DNA of 63,613 nt, filler included, from Octopus bimaculoides (taxonomy: Eukaryota), in NCBI RefSeq assembly GCF_001194135.2. It is 6 parts of 6 records of this genome, joined end to end, with 100 filler letters (N's around TTAATTAATTAA, not from the genome) between each part and the next. Parts side by side here need not be neighbours in the genome. Positions count along the whole stretch, not along the records: positions 36,555 to 56,532 come from NC_068987.1; positions 56,633 to 62,028 come from NW_026357432.1; positions 62,129 to 63,613 come from NW_026353395.1; 3 more parts are not named here. One strand, 5' to 3'. The notes below the pieces were generated by a model. It saw only the letters and a program-made list of their open reading frames with translations. It did not search any database and had not been told where the DNA came from. How positions within the stretch are numbered: the stretch's first letter is position 1; each line of letters starts with the position of its first letter. Positions 50,965 through 63,562 of this stretch are shown here, one piece after another. The position numbers and the translations under genes were made by a program.

Positions 50965-52718
50965 CTTTTTACTTGTTTCAATCGTTGAAATGCGGCCATA
51001 CTGGAGCACTTCCTTAAAGGGTTTTGGTCGAACAAATGGACTCTAGTACCTTTTTCTTTTTTCTTTTTTAAGTCTTATACTTCTTCTATCACTTTTTTTT
51101 TTACCGAACCGCTAAGTTGCGGGCATGTTAACAAACCAACACCGGTTATCAAGCCGTGTGAATGGAGACAAATACAGACACTATGACACANNNNNNNNNN
51201 NNNNNNNNNNNNNNNNNNNNNNNNNNNNNNNNNNNNNNNNNNNNNNNNNNNNNNNNNNNNNNNNNNNNNNNNNNNNNNNNNNNNNNNNNNNNNNNNNNNN
51301 NNNNNNNNNNNNNNNNNNNNNNNNNNNNNNNNNNNNNNNNNNNNNNNNNNNNNNNNNNNNNNNNNNNNNNNNNNNNNNNNNNNNNNNNNNNNNNNNNNNN
51401 NNNNNNNNNNNNNNNNNNNNNNNNNNNNNNNNTGTGTGTGTGTCTTTATGTCTGTGTTTCTCTTCACCACCATCGGCTGACAACCGATGTTGGTGTGTAA
51501 CTTAGCGGTTTTGGCAAAAGACCCCCGATAGAATAAGTACTAAACTTTAAAAGAATAAGTCCTTGGGTCGATTTCTCCGACTAAAAACAAAAACTTTTAA
51601 GTGTTCCAGCATGGCCGTAATCGTGACTGAAATAAAAGAATAAAAGAATACAGAAGTGGCTGTGTGGTAAGAAGCTTGATTTCCAACCACATGGTTCCGA
51701 GTTCAGTTCCACTGAGTGGGTAAGTGTCTTCTAATATAGCCTCGGGCCGACCAAATCCTTGTGAGTGGATTTGGTAGGCGGAAACTGAAAGAAGCCCGTC
51801 GTATATATATATATGTGTATATATATATCTATGTGTGTGTGTGTTTGTCCCCACCCCATCACCACTTGATAACCGGTGTTGATGCGTTTACGTCCCCGTA
51901 ACATAGCGGTTCGGCACAAGAAACTGATAGAATAAGTACCAGGCTCAAAAACTAAGTACTGGGGTCGATTCATTCGACTAAAAATTCAAGGTGGTGCCCC
52001 AGCATGGCCGCAGTCTAATGACTGAAACAGGTAAAAGTAAAAGAATTATATATATAAATATATATATATATGTACATATAGGCGTAGGAGTGGCTGTGTG
52101 GTGAGTAGCTTGCTTACCAACCACATGGTTCCGAGTTCAGTCACACTGCGTGGCATCTTGGGCAAGTGTCTTCTACTATAGCCTCGGGCCGACCAAAACC
52201 TTGTGAGTGGATTTGGTAGACAGAAACTGAAAGAAGCCTGTCGTATATATGTATATATATATGTATGTGTGTATGTGTTTGTATGTCTTGACAACCGATG
52301 CTGGTGTGTTTATGTCCCCGTAACTTAGCGGTTCGGTGAAAGTAACTGGCATAATAAATACCAAACTTTAAAACAATTTGTACTAGGCTCGATTTGTTCG
52401 TGTAAATCCTTCCAGACAGTGCCCCAGCATGGCTGCAGTCCAATCACTAAAACAAATGAAAGATAAAATATCGAATTTCTTAGATAGACANNNNNNNNNN
52501 NNNNNNNNNNNNNNNNNNNNNNNNNNNNNNNNNNNNNNNNNNNNNNNNNNNNNNNNNNNNNNNNNNNNNNNNNNNNNNNNNNNNNNNNNNNNNNNNNNNN
52601 NNNNNNNNNNNNNNNNNNNNNNNNNNNNNNNNNNNNNNNNNNNNNNNNNNNNNNNNNNNNNNNNNNNNNNNNNNNNNNNNNNNNNNNNNNNNNNNNNNNN
52701 NNNNNNNNNNNNNNNNNN

Positions 52719-52793
<75 letters not shown>

Positions 52794-52980
52794 ACCACCG
52801 CTTGAGGCAAGTGTTAGTTTGTCTATATCTCCGTAACTTAGCGGTTCGGTGAAAGTAACTGGCATAATAAATACCAAACTTTAAAACAATTTGTACTAGG
52901 CTCGATTTGTTCGTGTAAATCCTTCCAGACAGTGCCCCAGCATGGCTGCAGTCCAATCACTAAAACAAATGAAAGATAAA
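50965..52980. repeat. Cluster of five SINE family B copies (one minus, four plus; the last probably an assembly duplicate)
   Basis: Copies at about 50965-51180(-), 51432-51645, 51650-52045, 52081-52470 and 52790-52980. Confidence 0.8.
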
Positions 52981-53149
52981 ATATCGAATTTCTTAGATAG
53001 ACATCAATGTAGAGTCTTTTTTATAGACGTGATGATAAAGACGATTGAAGTGAACCCTAATTTATTACTGGTACTATTTACTGATTCTGGGGTGAAGGGT
53101 AAAGCAAGGTTTGAACTCGGACTTAAACTATTGATTTCTTATTGACCTA

Positions 53150-53470
53150 AGCGTGGAGACATGTGGCTCAGTGGTTAGAGCGTCGGGCTCACAATCACGG
53201 GCTGTGTGTTGTGTTCATGAGCAAGACTCTTTATTTCACGTTGCTCCAGTTCACTCATTTGTAGAAATGAGTTGCGATGTCACTGGTGCCAAGCTGTATC
53301 GGCCCCTTTGCCTTTCCATTGAATAACATCAGTGGCGTGGAGAAGGAAGGCTGGTATCCATGGCCAACTGCTGGTCTTCCACAAACAACCTTGCCCGGAC
53401 TTGTGCCTCGGAGAGTAACTTTCTAAGTGCATTCCCATGGTCATTCATGACCGAAGGGGATCTTTACTTT
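53150..53470 (+). mobile_element. SINE family C
   Basis: GGAGACATGTGGCTCAGTGGTTAGAGCGTCGGGCTCACAATC...TGAGCAAGAC..TTTATTTCACGTTGCTCCAGTTCACTCA. An opposed variant copy lies at about 53520-53770(-). Confidence 0.8.
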
Positions 53471-54398
53471 TTTATTGATCTAAGCAAAGGGTTTCGAATA
53501 TTGGGAAGGCGTATTAGCAAGTCCCCTGGAAATTGTAGTCTCGACACTTGGAACTCATAGGGCCGGTTACCCGGATTCCATCACGTATAAGTGACTGAGA
53601 CCACAACGGGATCCCCAGTCCATTTACAGCCAAGTGGACTGGAGCAACGTGAAGTGACGTGCTTTGTTCAAGAACACAACGCACCGCCCGGTCCGGAAAT
53701 CGAATCCACAATCTTGCAATCGTGAGTGCAAAGCCCTAACCATTTGGTCATGCACCTTCACACATTGGTTAAGGATATAGTTGGCAAAATCGATCGTCAG
53801 TACTCAGATTTAAACTATCTTTTATTGGTTCCGGAAGGCTGAAAGCGCAAAGTCGACCTCAACGGAATTTGAACTCACGTGAAGATATGGTGGTGCTACA
53901 GCATGACCACAATCTAATGACCGTAAGAAGTAAAAGGTAAAAGATAAATATGCAACTAACACCACAAAGCATATTTTATCCGATACTCAATTAATTTTAA
54001 CATTGACCACATATACAATTTACTATTTGAAATTATCAAATCCAACGAAGCTTTTAACACGAGTTTAGTAGCAATGCAATGCAGGGTAACTTGTAACTGC
54101 TTAAGAGTCTAAATGCACCATATGCACATTAATACTCAAATGTCTTTACCAAAAATTGACCGGCCACAGATGTTAGTGGCAGTTATAAAAAAGCAATTTT
54201 TTACGTCGAATTTATTTTCAATCGTATCTTTCCTTAGCGACCAGCAATAAAATAAAAAAATCTTGTTCTGTTAGATTTGCAAATAATTCAATCTGCTAAA
54301 TTTTATAACCGAAAAGCTTCTTCTGCGTGCGTGCGTGCGTGCGTGCGCGTGTGTGTCTGTGTGTCTGTGTGTGTGTACGTGTGTGTACTTGTGCATGA

Positions 54399-54458
<60 letters not shown>

Positions 54459-54871
54459 CATATAGTTGAGGTGTGCTCTGTTAAGAACGTATAAGAGTAC
54501 AAATAGAGCTCGTTAACCCTTAGAATTCCCAAATAGTGATTAAAAAGCTGCCTAACCGTACTAACTCTTCCTTTTGACTCTATTGCTTTTTATTTTATAT
54601 ATATATATAATAATAATATTAGGGATAAAATCAAAATCTACAGGTAAAAACTCAATTAAAATCAATTTATTAAAAATTAAAATTAAATTAAGTTTCACAG
54701 TATAAAATATAAATATATAGTTTTGTGGAAAAGAACCAAGGTTCATGAACTCATCGCTGAAAATCCACTGTCAAATATAGAAAAAATTAATAATTAAAAG
54801 CACAATAAATAAGTATAATATAATACAAAGTAAATATCATAAGATAATGATATGTATATATGTATATGTCT

Positions 54872-54956
<85 letters not shown>

Positions 54957-55312
54957 CGTGTGTGTGTGTCGAACGATGAGAATGTCTACTCAACACCGTA
55001 TTGATGTTGTATATTTGTTTGTGTATTAAGGCTACCATCGGTTTCATGTTGAGAAAATATCTTAACAATTTTTCAAGCTGACCACATAGAGAAGTTGCGT
55101 TCGTCTCCATTTTAGATTAAAGCACGAAAAAATAGACACACAAACACATAAAAATATGATAGACTCTCCCGTCGGTTTCGATGTATGAGGATCCGACTAT
55201 ACTTTCTTTGTCAATCATAATGCTTATAACAACATGAAATCCAACACTACTGTAAAATGAAAAGGCTGTTTGATTAGAGGTTCCTTCGTTGTCTTATAAA
55301 TTTGTCAGTTTG

Positions 55313-56517
55313 TACGAGGGTCGGTTGAAAAATTTTTGGCTGACTAAAATATTCTCATGGAATGTGACCAAGTGAGGTTTATTTCTAAACATAATCCCCA
55401 CTTGTGGTCCACATATTTCTTCCATTGGTGTTGCAGTGCTTTGATCTCATTGGTGAAGTTGGTCAAAAAGTCATCAGCAGTTAATATGACGTCATCAACA
55501 TTGCGATACTGATTCCCAGTTAAGTGGGGTTTTTTCATGTTTGGAAACAGATGATAGACAGATGGGACGAAATCAGGTGAATAGGAAGGTGATCATACAG
55601 TTCAAAGTTACAGTCGCACAGAGCACTCATTGAAACCAAAGACTTGTGTGCTGGACTATTATCCTGATGAAGCATAACCTCTTTTGTCACTTTTCCCGAT
55701 AATCAATAAACGCAATGCCTTTTTTGCATCCCAAAACACTGAGGCCATCACCTTCCCCGCAGATGAAACGATCTCGGCCTTCTTTGAAACAGATGAAACG
55801 GTTGTTTCCACTGCATGAGTTGCCTTTTTGTCTCTGGCTCAAAGTGATCAAGCTAACACTCGTCATAGCTTAAGAAATGTTGAAGAAAACTAACTGGAGC
55901 TGCCAGAAACAATGTCAGATTTTCCAATCATGTGATCAGCTTGGTGTGCTTTTGATCAAGTGTCAGATGACATGGCACCCACCGAGCAGAAATCTGCATG
56001 CCAAGTTAAAAATTCAGAATATTTTCAACTCTCTCACGGGATATGCTGATAACACTGGCTATTATATTTATAATCAATCGCCTGTCAAGTATCACCATGT
56101 GGTGAACACGGTCAATATTTTCTACGGTGGTGGCATCTACAGGACGTCCAGACCTTGGGTGAGCTTCAAGACTCTCCTTTCCACTCTAAAAAATTCAGCT
56201 GCCTACTTTTGCACTGTTGATAAAGTTGGAGCATCATCCCCTAATGTGGCAACCATGTCAGCACGAATGTCCATGGCAGCTAAACTCTATTTTTGCAGGA
56301 ACTTGATAACAGCACGATGCCAAATTTTGTCCATTGTCATGAGCAATCGCTGCTAGTCATTTCTGAAGTCTTCTTTGAACAGTCAGATGCCAGTTAACCT
56401 GGAAAGAAACTATGCAGCTATTAATAAGGAGAGTTGAAATTAATGCATGCAAGATTTCACGGCTCTAGCATCATTTCTTCAAAGTCTGCCTATGAACTTT
56501 TCAGTAATCTTCGAATA
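55313..56517 (-). mobile_element. Degenerate near-full-length mariner transposon
   Basis: Minus strand reads MDKIWHRAVIKFL..., SGRPVDATTVENIDRVHHMV..DRR, SAGKVMASVFWDAK, LHQDNSPAH, YSPDFVPS[V]YHLFP and LQHQWKKYVD. D..D spacing is consistent with DD34D, but the third Asp is Val and there are stops and frameshifts. Degenerate TIRs TACGAGGGTCGGTTGAAAA / TTCGAAGATTACTGAAAAG. Confidence 0.92.
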
Positions 56518-56759
56518 CTAACAGCAGGAATTNNNNNNNNNNNNNNNNNNNNNNNNNNNNNNNNNNNNNNNNNNNNTTAATTAATTAANNNNNNNNNNNN
56601 NNNNNNNNNNNNNNNNNNNNNNNNNNNNNNNNATCTAACGGAAATGTTGACGTTGCAATAAATAGAAATCTGATTGGTCAAAAGTTTAGCTGTTACAGCG
56701 GGAGAAATGAAAGTAGATGTTAAGCGGAAGCATGTGTTCGTAGTAGTGTCCATTGCATC

Positions 56760-57210
56760 TGTAGTGACGCCTTAATAGCAGACGACATTTCCGGACAGTT
56801 TATCCACGCATGCGCAGGGACTAGTTCCGGAAGGAATACAAGAAGAGTCTCATGCGCATGCGTAGTCATCGACATCCAAGCTTTCGCGCGGATTTTCATA
56901 CTCTTTCACCCTGGCCAACGAAGAGCCTAGACGTCGTAGCAGCCTCTCTCCAACATTCCAACTCTGGAGCTACACAAATAACCACGCAACTTCATTGACG
57001 GCGTCTCAGTAACCAAAGGGCGAAGTGCTGCCGAATTCTATTGTAATAAATATTGTTGTGTTGATAGTTCAGAATCTGCGTTCCGTTGTTTCTTCAAAAA
57101 ATTTAATGTACGGAAGCGGAGTACACCTAATGGTGTATAACCACTTCCCAACAATTGGTGACCCCCGACGTGATTCGGTTCAACCACCTCCCTACAATTG
57201 GTGACCCCGA
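56760..57210 (+). mobile_element. LTR (about 394 bp) followed by tRNA-Trp primer-binding site(s); LTR-retrotransposon relic
   Basis: Starts TGTAG and ends ...CCCAACA at 57153, with internal AATAAA at 57045. Then AT plus TGGTGACCCC(C)GACGTGATTCG, the complement of the tRNA-Trp 3' end with a 1-nt insertion. A second CCCTACA-AT-TGGTGACCCCGA ends at 57210. Confidence 0.75.
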
Positions 57211-58589
57211 ATCAAGAACAACTGCAGCCGAAGATTCTGATCTGCCAACCAATAATACTACACGAGCCGCTGCTGACATAAGTAAATACGGCATTACCCC
57301 GAGCTAAAAGATCTACAGACCTCGTTTCAACAGCCATTGAATTCGTATGCTTCGCGACGTTCAACTTCAGGATTGCCTCTACATTCTCATCCATCGCAAG
57401 TGAAAAGCTAAGTAAGTGGTTATACATTATTAGGTATAACCACTTCCCTACAATTTAAAGGACCTTTGGCTGTTATTTCTATTTATGGACAGCAGCTGAA
57501 TAACTCCATCGTTAAATCGTCCTTTAGTTTGTAAGAAATATTAGCCCGTAGTTGCTTCATTATTCATAATATAGTTCATAAAGTATATGTAAGATGCTTA
57601 TATTATTATCTACCAAGTTACGTTACTTTTTGATTGTGGAAATGAAGGTGAAATTAACAAATCGAAAGTAAGTTGGAACTGGTGAAGGATCAAAGAGGAT
57701 GTACTAGCTTGATGATAATTCAGATATTTATATAAAATATTCGGACAAATTAATATAACAGTAAAATATAATATTTTCATTTAGCTGTTCTGAAAGAACT
57801 CGTGACTCTGTTACTAATTATTTANNNNNNNNNNNNNNNNNNNNNNNNNNNNNNNNNNNNNNNNNNNNNNNNNNNNNNNNNNNNNNNNNNNNNNNNNNNN
57901 NNNNNNNNNNNNNNNNNNNNNNNNNNNNNNNNNNNNNNNNNNNNNNNNNNNNNNNNNNNNNNNNNNNNNNNNNNNNNNNNNNNNNNNNNNNNNNNNNNNN
58001 NNNNNNNNNNNNNNNNNNNNNNNNNNNNNNNNNNNNNNNNNNNNNNNNNNNNNNNNNNNNNNNNNNNNNNNNNNNNNNNNNNNNNNNNNNNNNNNNNNNN
58101 NNNNNNNNNNNNNNNNNNNNNNNNNNNNNNNNNNNNNNNNNNNNNNNNNNNNNNNNNNNNNNNNNNNNNNNNNNNNNNNNNNNNNNNNNNNNNNNNNNNN
58201 NNNNNNNNNNNNNNNNNNNNNNNNNNNNNNNNNNNNNNNNNNNNNNNNNNNNNNNNNNNNNNNNNNNNNNNNNNNNNNNNNNNNNNNNNNNNNNNNNNNN
58301 NNNNNNNNNNNNNNNNNNNNNNNNNNNNNNNNNNNNNNNNNNNNNNNNNNNNNNNNNNNNNNNNNNNNNNNNNNNNNNNNNNNNNNNNNNNNNNNNNNNN
58401 NNNNNNNNNNNNNNNNNNNNNNNNNNNNNNNNNNNNNNNNNNNNNNNNNNNNNNNNNNNNNNNNNNNNNNNNNNNNNNNNNNNNNNNNNNNNNNNNNNNN
58501 NNNNNNNNNNNNNNNNNNNNNNNNNNNNNNNNNNATGCTTGGGATGCGTTTATCGTAGATCTATTCAAAATTCACTCAGTACCAAACAG

Positions 58590-58950
58590 TATCAACAAAG
58601 CCCATTCATACAAACGATAACATGATCCCACCTTCTGCAAACAAGTGTCATCCACATAATCTATACACATTGAGTCAAACCAACACTGCTTCCATGAACA
58701 GACACCCAAAACGTTCTTATATGGGGACATAACTTTTTTTCCAACAGAAGAAAAACACACCTTCACTCTCTTTAGTCTTAGACAACAACTAAAACGCTCA
58801 ACGTTTCTGCAAACGCTAGGCCTCACAATCTCTGATGACCTCATCTGGCAATCTCACTTCCAAAGCACAGTTAAAACTGCGTCCTGGAGACTAACCTTCT
58901 TCAGGACTAGAAAATTTTTTTAGCTCAGACCCATATAAAGACCATCATGC
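58590..58950 (+). mobile_element. Degenerate CR1/L2-like RT C-terminal fragment
   Basis: LQTLGLTISDDLIWQSHFQSTVKTASWRLTFFRTRKFF resembles LG..I..DL.W..H.....K.AS.RL..L.R.RK.F. Confidence 0.55.
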
Positions 58951-60685
58951 TCTAGCCCCTATCACAGACTCCCTGTCTTCTTATTCTATCTTTTCTACCA
59001 CTATTATTACAGCCTGCCACCTAGTTGCATACTCCCCAGACCCTAGCCCACCAACCATATTTCCAATCGTTCCACCTCAAGACTTGAATTACCTGAAAAT
59101 TCCATCCTGTCCATTTTATTACTGTTGTTTAATCTCAGACTAGCTCTGATTGATTAAGCTTATACTCAAAAGCTTTTTTTCTTTCAGACATGTCTTATCC
59201 TATGTTCCTATTTTAAGTCAGTAGGGGCGAATTTGGGTTGTTGTTTCTAGTAGGTCCAGTGACCATAGAGGCACTCTAGTTGGTTCATTCCCATTCAGAT
59301 TTCTCTTGAATAGCTGTCAACTGTCAGCTATTCAAGTAAGTAATGACCACAGTTGCTTCCCCTCAACAGAAACATTTATAGATGGGGTTTTATATAACTA
59401 TTTGGTTAATTCCCTTAGATTTACCGACAACTCCTGTAACTGTAAAATGAAGTATCCGCAAAGATTTCTAGTGAAGTTGCTTCCTCGTCTGTTTCAATAC
59501 TGTGAGCTAATAACGTCTTGTTAATTACGAAGTAGTCTTAATTAGTAGGCCTAAGAGCATAACTTTCCATCTGTGACAATCCCCTGACTTTTCTTTCAGT
59601 TAATATCCATTGTATTCCTTTCATTTTTTTAAGCAGTAAGTTGTGATTTAGAGACTTAGCTGCTATTTCGAGAAGGTCGAGCGACTCTGCAGAATATCCT
59701 ATGTTAATTCAAACAGCTCCTCATTGTGTAACTTTATTTGCAGTTAGGTGGATTGAGCCTCCTTAAAATCAGAGTGTTCTAGCTATGGATAATAGTTAAA
59801 CTTAGAACGAGATACACCCCACTGATTGTTCAGTTAGTAGTCGCGGACATGACTCGGCCATTTGAGGCTATCTGGTCTCAATCACAGGATTGTAACCATG
59901 TTAGAGAATAACCTTCGAGCATTTTAGTGGATTATTTTGGCTCCAGTACTTTGTCTTGCATTCATTTTATCACTCTCTCCTCTCTCTCGAAAAGCTCGGT
60001 TCGCCTATTTATTTACGTTCATTCAAAGAGTTACCTCCCTTTAGGTAGTAAACGCCACTAAGTATTAACCCATAACGCGCTGAGATATACATTTAAATAT
60101 AGCATGGACTGCTGAACACATTTTATGAAAATGAGACTACCATGCACACTTAAAACACAAAAAATAGTTTAAATATCTTAATATATAATGGTGGCAAGTT
60201 TTACCTCATCTGAAAGGTCATTAGTCCTCTTGCATTCTGGGGAGTATTGGAACTTTTGAGGGCCATTAGACCCCAGCAAACGCCTATAAATTAAATGCAT
60301 CTATCTGGGCCACGACCGTGACCTATCGACCTTTGCCTGATGGCCACGATCGTGGCCCGCTGCGCTTTGTGTTAACTCCAATAAACACAAACACAGACAC
60401 ACACACTCATATACAGGCTTCTATGCCATTTCTCCAATCAAATTTCTCTCATAGCGTATTGTGTATGGGAGAATATAACGAAAGTATATCTAGGGATCAG
60501 AATTAAAATTGACCAAATTCTTAAATATTGATAACTTTTTGTTGTTTAGCCCAAAGTCAGCCTTAAGAAGACTTTTGAGTAAAGCATTCCAGCTGTGACA
60601 ATCCCCTACTTTCAGATAACATTATCCAGTGTATCTATCCTTTTTTTAAAGTCAGCAGGGTGTGATTCAAAGGACGTTTACTCTT

Positions 60686-61042
60686 TTACTTGTTTCAGTC
60701 ATTTGACTACAGCCATGCTGGAGCACCGCCTTTAGTCGAGCAAATCGACCCCAGGACTTATTCTTTGTAAGCCTAGTACTTATTCTATCGGTCACTTTTG
60801 CCAAACCGCTAAGTTATAGGGACGTTAACACACCAGCATCGGTTGTCAAACGATGTTGGGGGGACAAACACACACACATATATATATACATATACATATA
60901 TATGACGGTCTTCTTTCAGTTTCCGTCTACCAAATCCATTCACATGGCTTTGGTCGGCCCGAGGCTGCCACGCAGTGGGACTGAACCTGGAACCATGTGG
61001 TTGGTAAGCAAGCTACTTACCACACAGCCAATCCTGCGCCTT
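60686..61042 (-). mobile_element. SINE family B, near full length
   Basis: Clear reverse complement of head, body and tail, with an internal deletion. Confidence 0.88.
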
Positions 61043-61155
61043 AGCTTGGCTTTTTTGTAACAATTTGAGCAATTCTGCAGAATTGTTAATTCATACAGTT
61101 TGTTTTAGTATTTCAAGATACATGATATGTTGTTTATAATATCAATATTCTTTAA

Positions 61156-61365
61156 GGCGATAGCTGGCAGAATCGTTAGCATGTTGGGCAAAATGTTTAG
61201 CAACATTTCATCTATCTTTAGATTCTGAGTTCGAATTCAGCTGAGATCAACTTTGCCTTTCATCCTTTCAGGGTTGATAAAATAAGAACCAGTTGACCAT
61301 TGGAGTCAATCTAATCGACTTAACCCCTCCCCCGAAATTGCTGGCCTTGTGCCAAAATTCGAAAT
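61156..61365 (+). mobile_element. SINE family A just upstream of the MRM3 exon
   Basis: GGCGATAGCTGGCAGAATCGTTAGCATG...CTTTGCCTTTCATCCTTTCAGGGTTGATAAAATAAG. Confidence 0.85.
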
Positions 61366-61426
61366 CAATATCAATATTCTTTATTAGATTCCATGTTCTT
61401 TTATCTGTGATATCTAATTCTTTCAG

Positions 61427-61671
61427 ATCCGAGATTAATATTACCAAATCTAGAAAGACTCGTTATAAAACTGGAAAAATTTTCTTGGAAGGTAAAAGAC
61501 TGATTATGGATGCATTGGAAAGTGGTGCTGAGTGTTCTGTGATGTATGTAACAAGTGAAGTAGAGCCAGTCAGTCTACCAGCTCATCTTGTTGGTAAATT
61601 TCCTATCTATAAAGTTCAATATAAACATTTGAAATTATGGTCAGATGTTGTTACACCATCTGGCATTGCAG
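61427..61671 (+). CDS. MRM3: Mitochondrial rRNA 2'-O-methyltransferase 3 (SpoU/TrmH family), internal exon
   Basis: aattctttcag|A acceptor and GCAG|gtaag donor. SEINITKSRKTRYKTGKIFLEGKRLIMDALESG...KVQYKHLKLWSDVVTPSGIA(G) parallels the recalled MRM3/RNMTL1 pattern KSR..R.K.GKI.LEG.RLI.DAL..G...WSD.VTP.GI.G. Other exons were not recognised in the window. Confidence 0.88.
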
Positions 61672-62148
61672 GTAAGAAGTTCCGTTTATTTCTACAAGTA
61701 ATTTTTTTTCTTTCATATGCTGTACTGGACCTCTTATCCAGGAATACTCTACAATACCACAATTTACTGTACTCTGTATTGACTAAACATATCCTTTTTT
61801 TGTTTGTTTGTTTGTTTTTATTAAGTCAATTAATTTGCATATGATGTGTTAAAAATAGTTTTGTTTTTTACTTTTTTTAAGACGACTGATATAGATTAAA
61901 CATTCTCTGCTTCAGAAGTGTATTAATTTGTACCTATATCTGTGAAATTATATCCTGTTTTTTCACTTTTTCTCTTTAATTTTCATCTTATAAACATTAT
62001 ACTGTATACATGGTGCAGTATGATATATNNNNNNNNNNNNNNNNNNNNNNNNNNNNNNNNNNNNNNNNNNNNTTAATTAATTAANNNNNNNNNNNNNNNN
62101 NNNNNNNNNNNNNNNNNNNNNNNNNNNNCTCTCAGATCATAACATTAT

Positions 62149-62518
62149 AGAATTAACTATGTATGGTCCTAGACAACATGCTGACACCCACCCCACCAGT
62201 AGGACTCAAGCAATATCCAACCTGAATTTCCACCGGGCGGACTGGAAGTCAATTCGCAGAGAGATTCGAAATCAAAACTGGNNNNNNNNNNTGGAAGTCA
62301 ATTCGCAGAGAGATTCGAAATCAAAACTGGTATGACAGCCTTTCTATACAAGACAATGACATCAAACTAAGTCATTTTATGTCAACCATACAGGACATAT
62401 GCACCAAATATGTGCTATATAGAAAGACCAGCAAACATGGCAATAGAATTCCTAGAGACAGGAAAATCCTTATGAGACACAGAACAAAGGTCTCAAACCA
62501 GTTAAATAGAGAACTGTA
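62149..62518 (+). mobile_element. APE-type LINE ORF2 fragment (endonuclease end plus linker)
   Basis: LSDHNIIEL...NLNFHRADWKSIRREI...KIL-type linker. SDH ends the AP endonuclease domain and NF..ADW follows it. Confidence 0.8.
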
Positions 62519-62681
62519 ATTAAATAAATACATATATAAATAAATAGATATATAAATAAATAAATAAATATATATATAAATATATACATAAATAAATAAA
62601 TATATATATAAATAAATAAATAAATATATATATAAATAAATAAATATATATAAAAAAAATAAATGTATATATATATAAATG

Positions 62682-62712
<31 letters not shown>

Positions 62713-62748
62713 GAATATATGAATATATATATATATATATATAAATGA

Positions 62749-62780
<32 letters not shown>

Positions 62781-63562
62781 ATAAATATTTATATATAAAT
62801 TGATATATAAATAAATAAATATATATAAATAAATAAATATATACAAATGAATAAATATAAATAAATAAATATATATATATATAAATAAATATATAAATTA
62901 TTAAATATATATATAAATAAATAGATATATAAATAAAAAAAAATATATATAAATATATAAATAAATAAATAAATATATATATAAATATATAAATAAATAA
63001 ATAAATATATATATATAAATGAATAAATATATATAAATAAATATATATATGTATAAATAAATAAATAAATATTTCTTTATTTATATATTTCTTTATTTAT
63101 ATATAATTATTTATTTATATATATATATTTATTTATATATATTTATTTATATACACATATATTTATTTATATATATATATATATATAGTTATTTATGTAT
63201 ATATTTATTTATATATATATTTATTTATTTATATATATATATAGTTATTTATGTATATATATATTTATATATATATATATTTATTTATATATTTATTTAT
63301 ATATTTATTTATTTATTTATTTATATATTTATTTATTTATTTATGTATTTATTTATTTATTTATATATTTATTTATTTATGTATTTATTTATTTATATAT
63401 TTATTTTTATATATATGTATATTTATTTATTTATTTATATATTTATTTATTTATATATACCTTTATTTATTTATTTATATATTTATTTATATATATATTT
63501 ATTTATTTATTTATATATTTATTTATCTATATATTTATATATATATATTTATTTATTTATAA
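62519..63562. repeat. About 1-kb nearly pure-AT low-complexity tract, A-rich half then T-rich half
   Basis: (TAAA/TA)n switches to (TTTA/TA)n at about 63070. Confidence 0.95.

Noticed and set aside
53150-53200. tRNA genes
   Set aside because: tRNA-like A/B-box heads continue into SINE bodies and lack a full cloverleaf.
55877-56356. 159-aa plus-strand ORF as a gene
   Set aside because: It is the antisense frame of the mariner transposase.
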